Part shown: positions 26,238 to 38,025 of the stretch, one piece after another
Layout: every line of letters begins with the position of its first letter
Position numbering within the stretch: position 1 is the first letter of the stretch
Made by a program: the position numbers and the translations under genes
Origin: an uncultured Acidobacteriota bacterium
GTDB lineage: Bacteria; Acidobacteriota; Terriglobia; Terriglobales; Acidobacteriaceae
Direction of reading: 5' to 3'
NCBI GenBank assembly: GCA_963786435.1
Contig: CAWAZK010000001.1
Location: forward strand, 16,021-80,020
Length of the DNA stretch: 64,000 bases
The notes under the pieces: model-generated
Told to the model about the DNA's origin: nothing
Database searches by the model: none
What the model saw: only the letters and a program-made list of their open reading frames with translations

Positions 26238-28778
26238 ATGAACGGATGTCGAACGCAATTCACGAGAACCTTCCTTCGCTCGGCGAGGCGCCTTGCGTTG
26301 GTGTCTGTCGTGCTTGTGAGTTCGTGCCTTGCGCTATGGGCAGCGGGAAACGATGGAGGCGCGCCGACATCGATCTCCATCTCAGTTACTGACGATGGAA
26401 GCCAGCCCGTGGGTCAAGCCAAGATTGATGTTCTCCGCGAAGGCCGAGTCCTAGCTAGCGGAGAGACGGATGGTGCGGGTAAGGCGAGCTTCACGGTCCC
26501 AGGTGCGGGACGGTATCAACTTAAGATACACAAGTTAGGCTACGTTACTACAGAAAGTGCATTGAATTTGGACACAGCCACCGCACCGCACGTGGATGCG
26601 GTCCTGGTAAAAGCAGGTTCCAGCCAGCAGAATGTCGAGGTGCAGGGGACGGCTGTGAATCCGGTCACCGAAGTGGCGACAAGCAGTCAGACAACCCTGG
26701 ATACGAAGCAAGCGAAAGAAGTGGCAGGGAAACCCGCTACGCTCAAGGAAACTTTGCCGCTCATCCCTGGCATCGTGCGGGCAAAGGACGGCTCGGTGAG
26801 GATCGACGGGTATGGGGAAAGCCATAGCGCGTTGCTAGTGAATTCGGTGGATGTAACCGATCCGGCGACGGGCGCGTTCGGGCAGAGTGTGCCGATTGAC
26901 AGCGTGGACACCATTTCCGTTTCAGACATGCCCTACCTGGCGCAATACGGACGGTTCACGGCGGGCGTTGTAGCGGCGCAAACGAGGCGCGGTGGTGACA
27001 AATGGGATTTCAGCCTCAATGACCCGCTTCCTGAGTTCCGGATCAGAAGCTGGCACCTCGAGGGATTGAAAGATGCTACCCCGCGAGTAAACCTGAACGG
27101 GCCGATCATCGCAAACAAGGTTCACATTCTCGAAGGCACTGAGTACGAGATCAGGAAGGACTCTGTAATAACGCTGCCGTTTCCACTGAACACAACGACG
27201 ACTACCGGGATCAATTCGTTTACCCAACTCGACGCGATCATCTCTCCGTCTCAGACACTGATGGCGAGCTTCCACTTCGCTCCGCATTCGCAGACTTTTT
27301 CCGGACTCGATTATTTCAATCCGCAACCAGTGACGCCCAACTCCAGTTTTCACGAAGACACCGGCACGATGCTTGACTGGCTGTCGTTCGGGGGCGGAGT
27401 ACTGCAAAGCGCTATTGCGGTGACACATGTGAGCAGCGCGACATCTCCGCAAGGCTCGGCGGAAATGATACTGACCCCGGGCGGGAACCAGGGGAACTAC
27501 TTTGGCCAAGAATCGCGGCTAGCGTCGCGCTATCAATGGATAGAAAACTGGACGCTTCGCGCCGTGCATTTTGCTGGGGAACAAAAGCTACAAATCGGAT
27601 TGGTCATGGCCCATGCCGAAAACGAAGGCGCGTTTCATGCTCAGTCTGTGCAGATTCAAGATAGCAGTGAACATCTCGTGCAACGCATAGACTTTACGGG
27701 CGGACAATCGTACTCGGTTGCAGACACCGAGCCTGCCGTGTACATACAGGACCACTGGGTAATAAACCCTCATTTTGCTCTTGATGCCGGCCTTCGCGTG
27801 GAAGCGCAGACGATCACCCACACATTCCGCACCGCACCGCGTAGCGGGTTTATCTGGTCGCCTGACGAGTCAGGTAAGACTGTAGTCCGGGGCGGAGTAG
27901 GCGTTTTCTATGACGCCGTTCCGCTGGATGTGTACGCATTCGGCAGCTATCCCCAGCAGACGGTTGTCAGCTACGACTTGTCAGGTTCGGTAACTACTGT
28001 TCAGCAGTTTGTGAACGTCACTTCTCAGCAGCCCGACAAGGGATTTCCGTTAATAGAGAGGTCGCAGAAGAGCGGAAACTTCGCTCCGTACAGCACGGCG
28101 TGGAACATGTCATTAGATCGCGCTGTCACTCGTTTCCTCATGCTTCGCGTCAAGTATCTGCAAAGTCTCGCGCGAGATAACATCACGCTTCAACCGCAGC
28201 AAATAGCAAACGAGAATGCACTCGTGCTGGGATCCTCCGGTTCGGCGCAAACACGCCAGTATGAATTTACGGCGAAGATCGGCGCCGTATCGAACCGCCA
28301 ATTTTACTTTTCCTACGTGCGTCAGTACGCGCGGGGAAACTTCAGCGATGCGGCCAGCTATCTTGGGGAGGTGCCGTTTCCGGTCGTGCGTCAGGAGTTA
28401 TTTGCGAGTTCGCCAAGCGAAATCCCCAACCGATTTCTATTGTGGGGAACATACTCAATGTCCCACACGATTCGTTTAATGCCACATATCGAACTCAGGA
28501 ACGGGTTTCCATATCAGCCTACAGACGTGCTGCAGCAGTATGTCTTTATGAGCCTCGCGCAGCCGCGTTTCCCACGCTACTTCTCAGCGGATGTACGGGT
28601 TTCAAAGGATATTCAGATCAGAAACAAACACGCGATCCGATTGTCCGGTACGGTCCTGAATATGACAAACCACTTCAATCCGTTGGAGGTGCATTCGAAC
28701 ATCGCCGACCCGCTGTACGGTACATTCTTTGGAAATTACGGCCGTAAGTTCCTGATGGATTTCGACTTCTTGCACTAG
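26238..28778 (+). CDS. TonB-dependent receptor-like outer-membrane protein with an N-terminal carboxypeptidase-regulatory-like domain
   Basis: Signal peptide, a CarboxypepD_reg-like beta-sandwich (ISISVTDDGSQPVGQAKIDV...GRYQLKIHKLGYV), a plug (TLPLIPGIVRAKDGSVRIDGYGESHSALLVNSVDVTDP), and a long beta-barrel. Confidence 0.8.
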   Translation: MNGCRTQFTRTFLRSARRLALVSVVLVSSCLALWAAGNDGGAPTSISISVTDDGSQPVGQAKIDVLREGRVLASGETDGAGKASFTVPGAGRYQLKIHKLGYVTTESALNLDTATAPHVDAVLVKAGSSQQNVEVQGTAVNPVTEVATSSQTTLDTKQAKEVAGKPATLKETLPLIPGIVRAKDGSVRIDGYGESHSALLVNSVDVTDPATGAFGQSVPIDSVDTISVSDMPYLAQYGRFTAGVVAAQTRRGGDKWDFSLNDPLPEFRIRSWHLEGLKDATPRVNLNGPIIANKVHILEGTEYEIRKDSVITLPFPLNTTTTTGINSFTQLDAIISPSQTLMASFHFAPHSQTFSGLDYFNPQPVTPNSSFHEDTGTMLDWLSFGGGVLQSAIAVTHVSSATSPQGSAEMILTPGGNQGNYFGQESRLASRYQWIENWTLRAVHFAGEQKLQIGLVMAHAENEGAFHAQSVQIQDSSEHLVQRIDFTGGQSYSVADTEPAVYIQDHWVINPHFALDAGLRVEAQTITHTFRTAPRSGFIWSPDESGKTVVRGGVGVFYDAVPLDVYAFGSYPQQTVVSYDLSGSVTTVQQFVNVTSQQPDKGFPLIERSQKSGNFAPYSTAWNMSLDRAVTRFLMLRVKYLQSLARDNITLQPQQIANENALVLGSSGSAQTRQYEFTAKIGAVSNRQFYFSYVRQYARGNFSDAASYLGEVPFPVVRQELFASSPSEIPNRFLLWGTYSMSHTIRLMPHIELRNGFPYQPTDVLQQYVFMSLAQPRFPRYFSADVRVSKDIQIRNKHAIRLSGTVLNMTNHFNPLEVHSNIADPLYGTFFGNYGRKFLMDFDFLH

Positions 28779-29023
28779 GTCCTTCCAGCAGTAAATACAT
28801 CGTTCTTACATCATGAATCTGCGCGAAACGCAGTACGCAGAATACCAGCGACAACTTGGAACATCCGTCATTTTTCGTCATACTATTGATACAGAGATGC
28901 GCAAGTACGCGGTGCCGAAATGAACGTTGCAGCCGCTCGCAGTGCGAACGATTCACCTTCGTCTGAATAGCTGGTTAGACCCGAGGCAAAATTATCAAAC
29001 ATCGTTTTCGATTTTTAAACAGC

Positions 29024-30847
29024 GTGATATCGAGTGGACGCGCGCTGGTGATCGCCATGTCAGCGGTCGTGCTGATCTCCTGCATTGTTGGCAATTATCT
29101 GACACGTGACTCGATGGCCAACTTTCACTTCACTTCAGGACCGGGCGGCCGATCCTCTGATGGATTGGTGGATCAGAGCCCATGGACGACTGCCGCAGCT
29201 TTGTCACCTCTGGCCGCATCCGCGGAAGAGCAGCATTATGCCCGGGAAGCACAACGACTCGCAGATCATGAGGTGGACCAGGCATTTGCCATGGCACTTC
29301 GCCAGGCAACTCTTCAGACAAAGATCCTAACAGGAAAGTCGTTGGCTCTTTCGCACAAAGTCGAGGATCTGCAGAAGACAGTCAGAGATGACCAGGCTCT
29401 GGTGAATAGATTGACCGAGCAGGCGAAGGCTCCGAAGACAGCAACGGTTGCCGACGATCTGGAGGTCGCGACGGCACAGCTTTCGCTGGATACGGATGTA
29501 CTCAACGATGCAGTCTTAAGTCTCGCGCGCGAGAGCGGAGACCAGCGCGGTACGATTCAGCAGGAACTCGCGGCACACGAAGCTGCGATGCACTCATATG
29601 ACGAGCAGGCTAATAACTCGCAGACTGCAGTGGTATCAGCGCGAGCGAAAGGGACGCTGTATCGCCGCCTCGCAGCGTGGTTCAACCAGCGCAGCCGCCA
29701 TGATTCGATAGTTCAGGCGATGCAACAGGCGGACCGAGATGCGGCCTCGCTGAAAACCCAATATGCGCAATTACAAAACCTGGTGAATTCCGGCAGGATC
29801 GGAACTACGCAAACTGCGGTCCGGCCGTCTTCGGACGGAGTTGCAGCTCCCGGAGAACCTCTGCCGATACAAGCCCAGGCTAATAGGCTGGAGTTGCTCA
29901 AGCGTTTATCGGCGGAGAGCAGCATTCTTAGCATCATGGGCGACCGCCTGCAAACCCAGCAACAACTCTCCGCAGTGTACGGCAAGTGGGCCGCGCAGGT
30001 GATGTTGCAGCACCGCATGCTCTGGCACTTGATGCTCGAGTCTTTTGCATGGATCGCATTCATCATTTTGTGCGCCGGATCGGTGATCTCGCTGGTGAAC
30101 TCGCTACTGAGGCGACCGTTGATCGACAATCGCCGCAGGCACACGCTGCACACAATTCTTGTACTGGCGACGCAGGTTGTCGCACTCGTGTGCATCCTAC
30201 TTGTAATCTTTGGGCCGCCCAATCAGATGCCTACAATTCTCGGCTTGGCTACGGCGGGATTGACGGTCGCTCTTCAGGATTTCATCATCGCCTTTCTGGG
30301 CTGGTTCGTATTGATGGGCAAGAACGGAATACGGGTGGGCGACTGGATTGAAATCAACGGCGTCGGCGGAGAAGTTGTCGAAATCGGACTCTTTCGCACC
30401 ACGCTGCTGGAGACGGGCAACTGGACCGACAGGGGCCATCCAACCGGCCGGCGTGTCACCTTCCTGAATAAGTTCGCCATCTCCGGTCAATATTTCAACT
30501 TCTCCACCAACGGCCAATGGATGTGGGACGAGATTAAGGTCAACATTCCATTTTCTGAAAACAGTCAGGAAATGATAGAGCTCATTCACAGCACCGTGGC
30601 CAGGGAGACCGCGAAAGACGCCAAGCTTGCGGAAGTTGAATGGCAACGCGTCACCAAACAGAATGGCCTCGCCCAGTTCAGTGCCAGCCCTGCGCTTGAT
30701 ATGTGCCCATCCGCTTCTGGAGTGGACATCATCGTGCGTTATGTCACACGGGCCGCCGACCGTTTTGAAATGCATAACCGACTTTATAAGGCAGTGATCG
30801 ATCTGCTCCATCGTGCGGACGAACTTCAGGACGTGGCAAGTAAGTAG
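29024..30847 (+). CDS. MscS-family mechanosensitive channel with a long coiled-coil periplasmic N-terminal region (MscK-like layout)
   Basis: TM helices followed by GIRVGDWIEINGVGGEVVEIGLFRTTLLE...GRRVTFLNKF, the MscS beta-domain signature. Confidence 0.88.
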   Translation: MISSGRALVIAMSAVVLISCIVGNYLTRDSMANFHFTSGPGGRSSDGLVDQSPWTTAAALSPLAASAEEQHYAREAQRLADHEVDQAFAMALRQATLQTKILTGKSLALSHKVEDLQKTVRDDQALVNRLTEQAKAPKTATVADDLEVATAQLSLDTDVLNDAVLSLARESGDQRGTIQQELAAHEAAMHSYDEQANNSQTAVVSARAKGTLYRRLAAWFNQRSRHDSIVQAMQQADRDAASLKTQYAQLQNLVNSGRIGTTQTAVRPSSDGVAAPGEPLPIQAQANRLELLKRLSAESSILSIMGDRLQTQQQLSAVYGKWAAQVMLQHRMLWHLMLESFAWIAFIILCAGSVISLVNSLLRRPLIDNRRRHTLHTILVLATQVVALVCILLVIFGPPNQMPTILGLATAGLTVALQDFIIAFLGWFVLMGKNGIRVGDWIEINGVGGEVVEIGLFRTTLLETGNWTDRGHPTGRRVTFLNKFAISGQYFNFSTNGQWMWDEIKVNIPFSENSQEMIELIHSTVARETAKDAKLAEVEWQRVTKQNGLAQFSASPALDMCPSASGVDIIVRYVTRAADRFEMHNRLYKAVIDLLHRADELQDVASK

Positions 30848-30898
30848 CTGGAATGTGTTCAGCAATTTCTACGTCATTCGCGTGTGTTTCCCGCACCT

Positions 30899-30936
30899 CG
30901 ATGACTCACATCTTCGCCAGTAGATGTGAGTCATCG
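30899..30936 (+). terminator. Strong hairpin between convergent genes (candidate intrinsic terminator of the MscS-like gene)
   Basis: CGATGACTCACATCT-tcgccagt-AGATGTGAGTCATCG forms a perfect 15-bp stem with an 8-nt loop, followed by GGCATTTTG. It lies 52 nt after the stop. Confidence 0.6.
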
Positions 30937-30970
30937 GGCATTTTGCGACTTTCCTTGCAATTTATGGCGC

Positions 30971-32008
30971 CTACTTCTTCGGTGTAACGACCAGCACTTC
31001 AAATGAGTCTGGAATCATGGCCGGACGGGGATGCGGTGTCTCGGCGGGCGGTTCAGGCAGAGCGCCGAACTTCGCAGTCACCAGGTACAACGTGTGTGAT
31101 TTGGGATCCAAGGCCATGGTGCGTGCTCCGAAAGCCGTCGCCAGATTCTGAACGACGCTGTAGTGGTTGGGTGAATCCTGGTGAACCACGGTGAGGGTGC
31201 CATCGCCGTTTGAACTGAATGCAAGCCCAAGCTCGGGATCGAAGGCGGCGGCATCGGGGTGCTTTCCGATAGGCAGGGTTGCCACGAGTGAACCGTTGGT
31301 TGCGTCGAGCACGGTCATGACCTGATCGGCGCAAACGGAGAACAGGCGGTCGTTCTTGCGATCGATCGCGAGGCCAGTTGGGCTATCACAGCCCTTAAGG
31401 GGCCAATGCGCCAGTACGGTCTTATTCTGCACGTCGATCTCTGCGATCTCATTCTTATCTTCAATGTTGACGAAGACGTGGCCGCGAAGGTCGGTGGCGG
31501 CGAATTCGGGTGCGCCGCCGAGCGGAATGGTTGCGATGACAGCGGCTTTCGCCGGATCGACAACTGTTGTGTTCTGGCTCTTGCCATTAAACGCGAAGAC
31601 AAGGTGGGACGGCGGATCGTAGAGGATCGCGTCGGGCTTACTTCCGGCTTTGACTTCGCCGGTTTTGCGCAGGCTCTTGAGATCAAAGATGGAGAGGGTT
31701 CCGGCTTTGCCGTTGCTGGTGATGCCGAGTCCGAGATCGGTGGCGAGTGCGACGCCATGCACGCCCGGGGTATCAGGAATGTCGCCCAGCGATTTTCCGG
31801 TGGCGGTATCGAGCACCATTACGTGGGTGCCGCGGGTTATGAAGAGCCGCGCTCCGTCGGGATCGAAGGTGAGATAGTCCCAGCCGCCTCCACCGCCGAC
31901 GGCGAAGTGGTTCGTCACCTGGTAGTTGGAGTTATCGGCTGCAAACAGGGCTGGCGAAAGCGTTAATAGCAGTGCAAGGGAGAGTAGGCTGTTCCGCTTC
32001 GATTTCAT
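30971..32008 (-). CDS. YncE/YVTN-like seven-bladed beta-propeller periplasmic protein
   Basis: Signal peptide, then repeated blades (GGWDYLTFDPDGARLFITRG, VHGVALATDLG, PDAILYDPPSHLVFAFNG, PTGLAIDRKNDRLFS, HPDAAAFDPELGLAFSSNGDG). Confidence 0.7.
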   Translation of the reverse strand: MKSKRNSLLSLALLLTLSPALFAADNSNYQVTNHFAVGGGGGWDYLTFDPDGARLFITRGTHVMVLDTATGKSLGDIPDTPGVHGVALATDLGLGITSNGKAGTLSIFDLKSLRKTGEVKAGSKPDAILYDPPSHLVFAFNGKSQNTTVVDPAKAAVIATIPLGGAPEFAATDLRGHVFVNIEDKNEIAEIDVQNKTVLAHWPLKGCDSPTGLAIDRKNDRLFSVCADQVMTVLDATNGSLVATLPIGKHPDAAAFDPELGLAFSSNGDGTLTVVHQDSPNHYSVVQNLATAFGARTMALDPKSHTLYLVTAKFGALPEPPAETPHPRPAMIPDSFEVLVVTPKK

Positions 32009-32028
32009 GGCATAGCTCCGTGTAGTTT

Positions 32029-35000
32029 TTAGCGAGTGGCATAGTAGTGAATGGTTGGAGTGATTATGAGAGAGAGCACCATCGAGATCAGGATTCCTCC
32101 GATGACCGCGATTGCGAGAGGTTGGAGCATCTGTGAGCCTGCTCCGAGTCCGAGAGAAAGCGGCAGCATGCCGGCCATGGTCGCCAGAGCCGTCATCAGG
32201 ATGGGGCGCAAACGGCGTCGTCCGGCTTGCACGACGGCGGCTTCGGCGTCGAGCCCCACGGCGCGAAAGCGCTGCGCGGCATCGAGCAGAAGAATGCCGT
32301 TTTTGGCCACGATGCCGACTACCATGATGAGTCCCATGAATGACGCGATGTTGAAGGTGGTGTTTGTGATGAGCAGCGCGAAGAAGACGCCCGAGACCGA
32401 AAGCAATGCCGAAGCCAGTATGGACAAGGGCGCGGAAAACGTGCGGAATTCAAAGAGCAGAACGATGAAAACCAGAACGATGGCAAGCAGCAGTACAAGT
32501 AAAAGATCGCGGAACGAGTTTTGCTGCTGTTCATAGGTTCCGCCATAGACGACGTGAATTGCGGGCGGCAGATGCAGTTCGGTGACCGCCTTCTGTACAT
32601 CGCGAATGCCGCTGCCCATGTCGCGGCCTTCCAGTCGCGCCGTTACGGCGACGTCGCGCTGAAGATCCTCGCGCCGGATTTCTGTTTGGCCGGGACTTTG
32701 AACGATGGAAGCGACACCTCCGAGAGTTGCGGTCCTTCCCGACGCGCTGTTGAGAATCGTGTTGCTCATCGTCGCCAGCGAGCGGCGATTTTCCTCCGGG
32801 TAGCGGACGCGAATGGTGTAGGCGCGATCGTTGGCGACTAGGGGCGTGGCTGCGGGTTCTCCTTCGAGAATAGCCGATGCATCGACGGCAGATCTCCTCC
32901 GGGGTAAAACCGCTGCGCGCGGCGATCGTCGGGTCGACCTGGAAGGTAGTCGCTGGACCGCTCATGGAGCTCTCGATTCCGTCCTTCAAATCGACCACGC
33001 CGTTCACCTTTTGAATCTCATTGGCAACGCGCGGAGCCCATTGGCAAAGCAGTTCGGGATCGTTGGAGAAGAGCTTGATCTCAATGGGCTCGGGGGCGCC
33101 GGTAAGATCGCCGATCATGTCCTGCAAACTCTGAGCAAACTCCACATCCACAGCAGGTTCACTCTTGGCAAATTGCGTGCGTGCGTCCGCAATGATCTCG
33201 TCCACTCCGCGGCTACGTTTGGTTTTCAGCATCACGGAGATGTCGCCCCTGTTTGCTTCGGTCACGGCCGCCAGTCCGAGTTGCAGTCCGGTGCGGCGCG
33301 CTATGCTCTTTACCTCCGGCATGGAGAGCAGGATCTGCTCCATGTGGCTGACCACGCGATTGGTTTCGGCGAGCGAACTTCCCGGCGGCATCAGATAGTC
33401 CACTACCAGCGCTCCTTCGTCCATCTCCGGCAAGAGATCGGAGCCGATAAATCGGTAGCACACCAGCGAGGCCACAATCAGCAGAAGACTTCCGCCAATC
33501 AGCCAAAGGGGGCGGCGCAGTGACGTAAGCAGGCACTTTTCGTAGAACGCGACAATGCGTCCGAAACTTCCCTGGAGGTTTTTCTCTTCATCCGGCAGCA
33601 AGCTCGCGGCTGTCTGTTCTTCCATTTCCGGCATGGGTGCCATTGTGCGAATGTTGTGCTCAGAGATGAAGAAGTGGCTGAGTGTGGGCGTCCATGTGAG
33701 CGCCAGCGCAAGCGAGGTAAACAGCGACACCCCTACGGTAATGGCCAGCGCGCGGAAGAACGTGCCGGTAACACCGCTGATTGCAACCAGCGGAAGAAAT
33801 ACAACCACCGGGGTGATCGTGGAGCCGAGGAGCGGGACCGTGATCTCTCGCAATGCGCTGCGAATTGCCATGGTGCGCGTTTGTCCGGCTTCGCGATGCA
33901 GAACGATGTTTTCCACCACGACGATTGCATCGTCGATGACCAACCCGACGGCGGCGGCCAATCCGCCGAGCGTCATCAGGTTGAAGCTTTGCCCAATCAG
34001 CTTGAGCGCGATCACCGTTAGCAGCACGGTGACCGGGATGACCAGCGCGGCTACAATCGAGGTGCCCCAGTCGCGGAGGAACAAGACCATGATGATCGAT
34101 GCAAGAACGATGCCAATCAGAATCGCATCGCGAACACTCCGGATCGACTCACCGACGATGAGCGACTGATCATAGAAAGGCTCGAGCTTCACTCCGGCGG
34201 GCAGAGTCTTGCGAAGTTCATCGACCTGCTGGTGAACCTCGGCGGCCACGCGCATGGTGTTGCTGTCGGGCTGGCGGTTGATGTTGAGCAGAACCGCAGG
34301 CTTTCCGTTGGCGGTGACGATCGTGTACACCGGTTTGACTCCGGGCACAACCTGCGCGACATCGGCAACGCGAATGGGAATGCCGGCGGGAGTTGTCTTG
34401 ACCACGAGCTGCGAGAGTTGATCCGGGTTCTGAACCTGTCCACTGACGAGGCCCAGCACGATCTGATGATCGGTCTGGAAGAGTCCGGGCGAGTCGATGA
34501 GGTTGGAGCGGCGCACCGCGTCCAGCAGATCCTGAACCGTCACACTTGCGGCAATCAGTTTCGCGGGATCGGGAACGATGTGGTATTCGGGCTCTTGGCC
34601 TCCCTGCACAACGACCGTGGAAACGCCATCGAGGCGATTGAGTCGCGGCTTGAGTTCGTAGGTTGCCAGCTCCCACAGTTTGGTTTGCGGAATTGATTGC
34701 GAGGTGAGGCTGTAACCCAGGATCGGAAATGAGGCGAAGGTCAGCCGGTTGCTCGTGATCTGCACAGTCGCGGGAAGACTCGCCCGCACCCGTGACAGCG
34801 CGGCGTCCACGTACTGCAGTGTCTGGAACATATCTACATTCCAGTCGAAGAACAGATTAATCTCCGCGGAGCCTCGGCTGGTGATCGAGCGAACACTGTG
34901 GAGTCCTGGGACACTGTTGACGGCCTCCTCGATGGGGCGAGTCACCGCGATCTGCATCTGGTCGATGGGCATCACGCCGTTGTCGAGTCCGATGACGATT

Positions 35001-35188
35001 CGCGGAAAATCTGTGGCAGGGAAGACCGAGATAGGAACCGAGAAGGCGAGATACGCGCCCAGGCAAGCCAGAGTGAGGACCACAAAAATAGTGGGCTTCG
35101 CGTTGCGTGTTAGCCAGTGCGCGTCCGGTTCGTAACTGGAGCGCATTCGCTGATACAGCTTGGTTGTGAACTCCGCCGAGGATGCCAT
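32029..35188 (-). pseudogene. RND efflux permease (AcrB/CzcA superfamily) with one +1 frame disruption near 32890-32893
   Basis: The 885-aa ORF is family-like up to ...TFQVDPTIAARSGFTPEE. The sequence SAVDASAILEGEPAATPLVANDRAYTIRVRYPEENRRSLATMSNTILNSASG... continues in the frame of ORF 32029..32769 to a normal C-terminus. The start overlaps the adaptor stop (TGATG). Confidence 0.9.
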
Positions 35189-36528
35189 CAGTTCTTCTCA
35201 GTTGTGCCACTGTTTGCAGGCACTGCATGTGTTGCAGGCTGAGCCTCTGCGGGTTGGACATCTGCAGGCTGCACCTGGGTTCCGTCGGGCAATCCATATG
35301 CGCCGGAGGCGACCACAATGTCGCTGGCTTTCAGACCTTCGACGATCTGAATCGAACCGCCTTGGCGGATTCCGGTCTTAACTTCGGTTAGGCGGGCGAT
35401 GTTGTCTTTTCCGACGACCATCACGCTGCTTTGGCCTTCACTGGCGGGAAGCACGGAGCTGAACGGTACAGCCAGCGCTGCCGGGATCTTCATTACCGAA
35501 ATTGAAAGATGTGCGCTGCTGCCGGGATGCAGCTTACCGTCCGGGTTTGCAGCTTGCACCCAAATTTCGATGGTGGTGCTGTTGGCGTCCACCGCAGGGC
35601 TGACGAGGGTGACCTTGCCTTCGAAAGGATTCGGGGCTCCCGGCAAAGTGAGGGTGGCGTTGTCGCCTACTTTCACCAGCGCGGCCTGCTCCTGCGCCAG
35701 ATGAGCCTTTGCAATGATCTTCGACGAGTCCACGATCACGAGCATCGGAACTCCGGCGGCTGCGGTTTCACCTTCATAAATTGAGCGGTCGGCAACGACG
35801 CCTGTGATCGGGCTACGTACCTCCGAGTAGCGAAGTTGCGCTGAGGCGGCCATGAACTTACCGCGTGCCGACTCCAACTGCGCTTTGGCTGACTTGAGTT
35901 GATCGCTTTTTCCAACAGCGCGAAGGGCGTCCAGGTGCTGCTGCGCAATGTCGTGCTGATTGCGCGCGTCGGTCAGTGATACCGCTGCCTGATCCACTTC
36001 TTTCCTTGGCAGTGCGCCTTCTTTATAGAGCTCTTCGCGGCTGGAATAAAGCTTCTGCTGAACTTCCAGCATCTGCCTAGTGGCGGCTTCATCCAGTTCC
36101 GCTTTCTTCCACTCTTCGGGGAGACTCGCGCGGGTAGCGATCGAGTAAGCAGCCTGCGCCTGTTCGAGGCCGCCTCGATTTTCAATGGCGGCTGCCGAAA
36201 GGTCGTTATTATCCAGTACGGCGAGCAATTGGCCCTGCTCCACGCGGTTGCCGCGGTTCACATAGAACCGCTTTACCGGAGCGTTGATCTTGGGAGTGAT
36301 GGCCGCTTGGTTGATGGGAAACAGCGTCGCCTCGCTCTCGACGGTTTGGACGAGATCGGTTGTCCGCACGATCGCGGTCTGCACGGTAACGATTGGCCTG
36401 ACTTCTTGCTCGGTTTTCTTGCAGGCAGAGAAGGGAAGCAGCATGGCCAGCATAAAGGGCAGATAGGCAAAGGCGCGAAGCTGGGGCAAGGAGAACCGCG
36501 AAGACTTCATTGAGACAGTGTTGGTCAT
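35188..36528 (-). CDS. RND efflux periplasmic adaptor (membrane fusion protein, HlyD family)
   Basis: Lipoprotein-type signal (LLPFSAC), coiled-coil hairpin and beta-barrel segments (VRSPITGVVADR, VTLVSPAVDANSTTIEIWV), positioned between the OMF and permease genes. Confidence 0.9.
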   Translation of the reverse strand: MTNTVSMKSSRFSLPQLRAFAYLPFMLAMLLPFSACKKTEQEVRPIVTVQTAIVRTTDLVQTVESEATLFPINQAAITPKINAPVKRFYVNRGNRVEQGQLLAVLDNNDLSAAAIENRGGLEQAQAAYSIATRASLPEEWKKAELDEAATRQMLEVQQKLYSSREELYKEGALPRKEVDQAAVSLTDARNQHDIAQQHLDALRAVGKSDQLKSAKAQLESARGKFMAASAQLRYSEVRSPITGVVADRSIYEGETAAAGVPMLVIVDSSKIIAKAHLAQEQAALVKVGDNATLTLPGAPNPFEGKVTLVSPAVDANSTTIEIWVQAANPDGKLHPGSSAHLSISVMKIPAALAVPFSSVLPASEGQSSVMVVGKDNIARLTEVKTGIRQGGSIQIVEGLKASDIVVASGAYGLPDGTQVQPADVQPAEAQPATHAVPANSGTTEKN

Positions 36529-36529
36529 A

Positions 36530-37846
36530 TCAGAGCGTCCCCGTCAGCGTTTGCAGATTGGCTAGCGCGAGTCTGTATCGAAGGGATTGGTCTACGTAGG
36601 TGTTGCGCGCGTTATTGAGGGTGTTCTGCGCGTCCACTACTTCGAGCGCGGTGGATTCGCCGGCCTGATAGCGCAGGTTGATGAGGCGTAGACTCTCGGT
36701 GGCGATTTCCACCGATTGGCGCAGCGTCGCCTGCGCGGTGAAGGCGGTATCTGCCTCGTGGTAGAACTCTTCCACATTGGCCAGCAGTTGCTTCTGCGCA
36801 ACCGTCAGTTCCAGCTTTGATTGATCGAAGCGGATGAGCGATTGCCGCACCCGGCTCCGGGTGGCTCCCCAATCGAAGACCGGTATATTCAGCGTCGCCG
36901 AGGCCGCGTAACCCAGATTGCGCACGCCTTCGGAGCGGGTTGCGAAATGGTTGGCGTCGATTCCGTAGTAGAAGTCCAAGGCGAGGCTGGGCAGGTATGC
37001 GGCGCGCGAGGCATTCACCTCGGCATGGCTGGCGCTCATTGCAGCCAGTGCGGCGCGCAGCTCTGGATTGTTGGTCGCGGCGGCTTCGCGCACTTCGGTC
37101 AGTGGCGGAAGAGGTGGCTCATCCTCCAGCCTGTCGGCGAGTTTGATGTCGGTGCTTACGCTTGGCAGGATCAGGACTGCGAGTTCGAGGCGCGCGTTCA
37201 GTAGCTCGGTCTGGGAATTTTCGAGTTCGCGCTTGCGATCATTGCATTGCAGTTGCGCCTTGAGCACATCCGAGTGCGCGGCCTCGCCCGCGGCCTCCAG
37301 CTTCTGGCTCAGGCTGAGGAAGTGCGCGGCGTCATCGGCGGCGGCAGTGGCGTTGGCTTGTTTCTGTTCGGCGCCCAGAACGGCGTAGTAGCTACGCACC
37401 ACCGTCACCACCAGTCCTCGCGCCGCAACCTCCGCTCTGGCGCGTGCCAAGGCTGCCACGGCTCCGGCTCTGCGGTAGTCGGCCCATTGCTGCACGCTCA
37501 GAAGTTGGTGGGCATTGCCTTGGCTGACATACTCGTGAACCGCGTTGTTGGCGATAAAGCGTCCTGTCAGAGTTCCGTTGCCTTGAGTGTAGAGGAACTG
37601 ATTGTTGTAGATGACGCCGGGCAACAGAGTGGAGCGTGCTTGCACGCGGTCTTCTCTTGCCAGCGCGGCATCGCCTTGGGCGGCGCGGAACTGCACGCTG
37701 TTGGCCTGTGCCATCTTCAGTGCTGCGCTGAGCGTGATCGCCTCGGAATCCGACGGCGCCGCCGGGGAACTCTGCGGCTGCGCCCAGATTCCGCCAACTC
37801 CAAGAAGCAGCAAGAGCAGCAGCATTGGATGGCGCAGACGCATCAT
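36530..37846 (-). CDS. TolC-family outer-membrane efflux protein
   Basis: 438 aa with a signal peptide and two OEP repeats (LSAALKMAQANSVQFRAAQGD...; ...ALEVVDAQNTLNNARNTYVDQSLRYRLALANLQ). First gene of the efflux operon. Confidence 0.9.
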   Translation of the reverse strand: MMRLRHPMLLLLLLLGVGGIWAQPQSSPAAPSDSEAITLSAALKMAQANSVQFRAAQGDAALAREDRVQARSTLLPGVIYNNQFLYTQGNGTLTGRFIANNAVHEYVSQGNAHQLLSVQQWADYRRAGAVAALARARAEVAARGLVVTVVRSYYAVLGAEQKQANATAAADDAAHFLSLSQKLEAAGEAAHSDVLKAQLQCNDRKRELENSQTELLNARLELAVLILPSVSTDIKLADRLEDEPPLPPLTEVREAAATNNPELRAALAAMSASHAEVNASRAAYLPSLALDFYYGIDANHFATRSEGVRNLGYAASATLNIPVFDWGATRSRVRQSLIRFDQSKLELTVAQKQLLANVEEFYHEADTAFTAQATLRQSVEIATESLRLINLRYQAGESTALEVVDAQNTLNNARNTYVDQSLRYRLALANLQTLTGTL

Positions 37847-38025
37847 GCCGCGCTCTCCACAAAAACCATCTCCACGGGATTACTCTCCACAATTTCAGCG
37901 CGAAAGAATTCCAACGCTGTTGGTTATGGCATGATTATCTGCGACATACCTGAAGAGTTTCTGAAGGCTTTATTAATACCTGACTAATGTGGTAAAGAGC
38001 GCGAAGCGATACCATTTCATTCAAA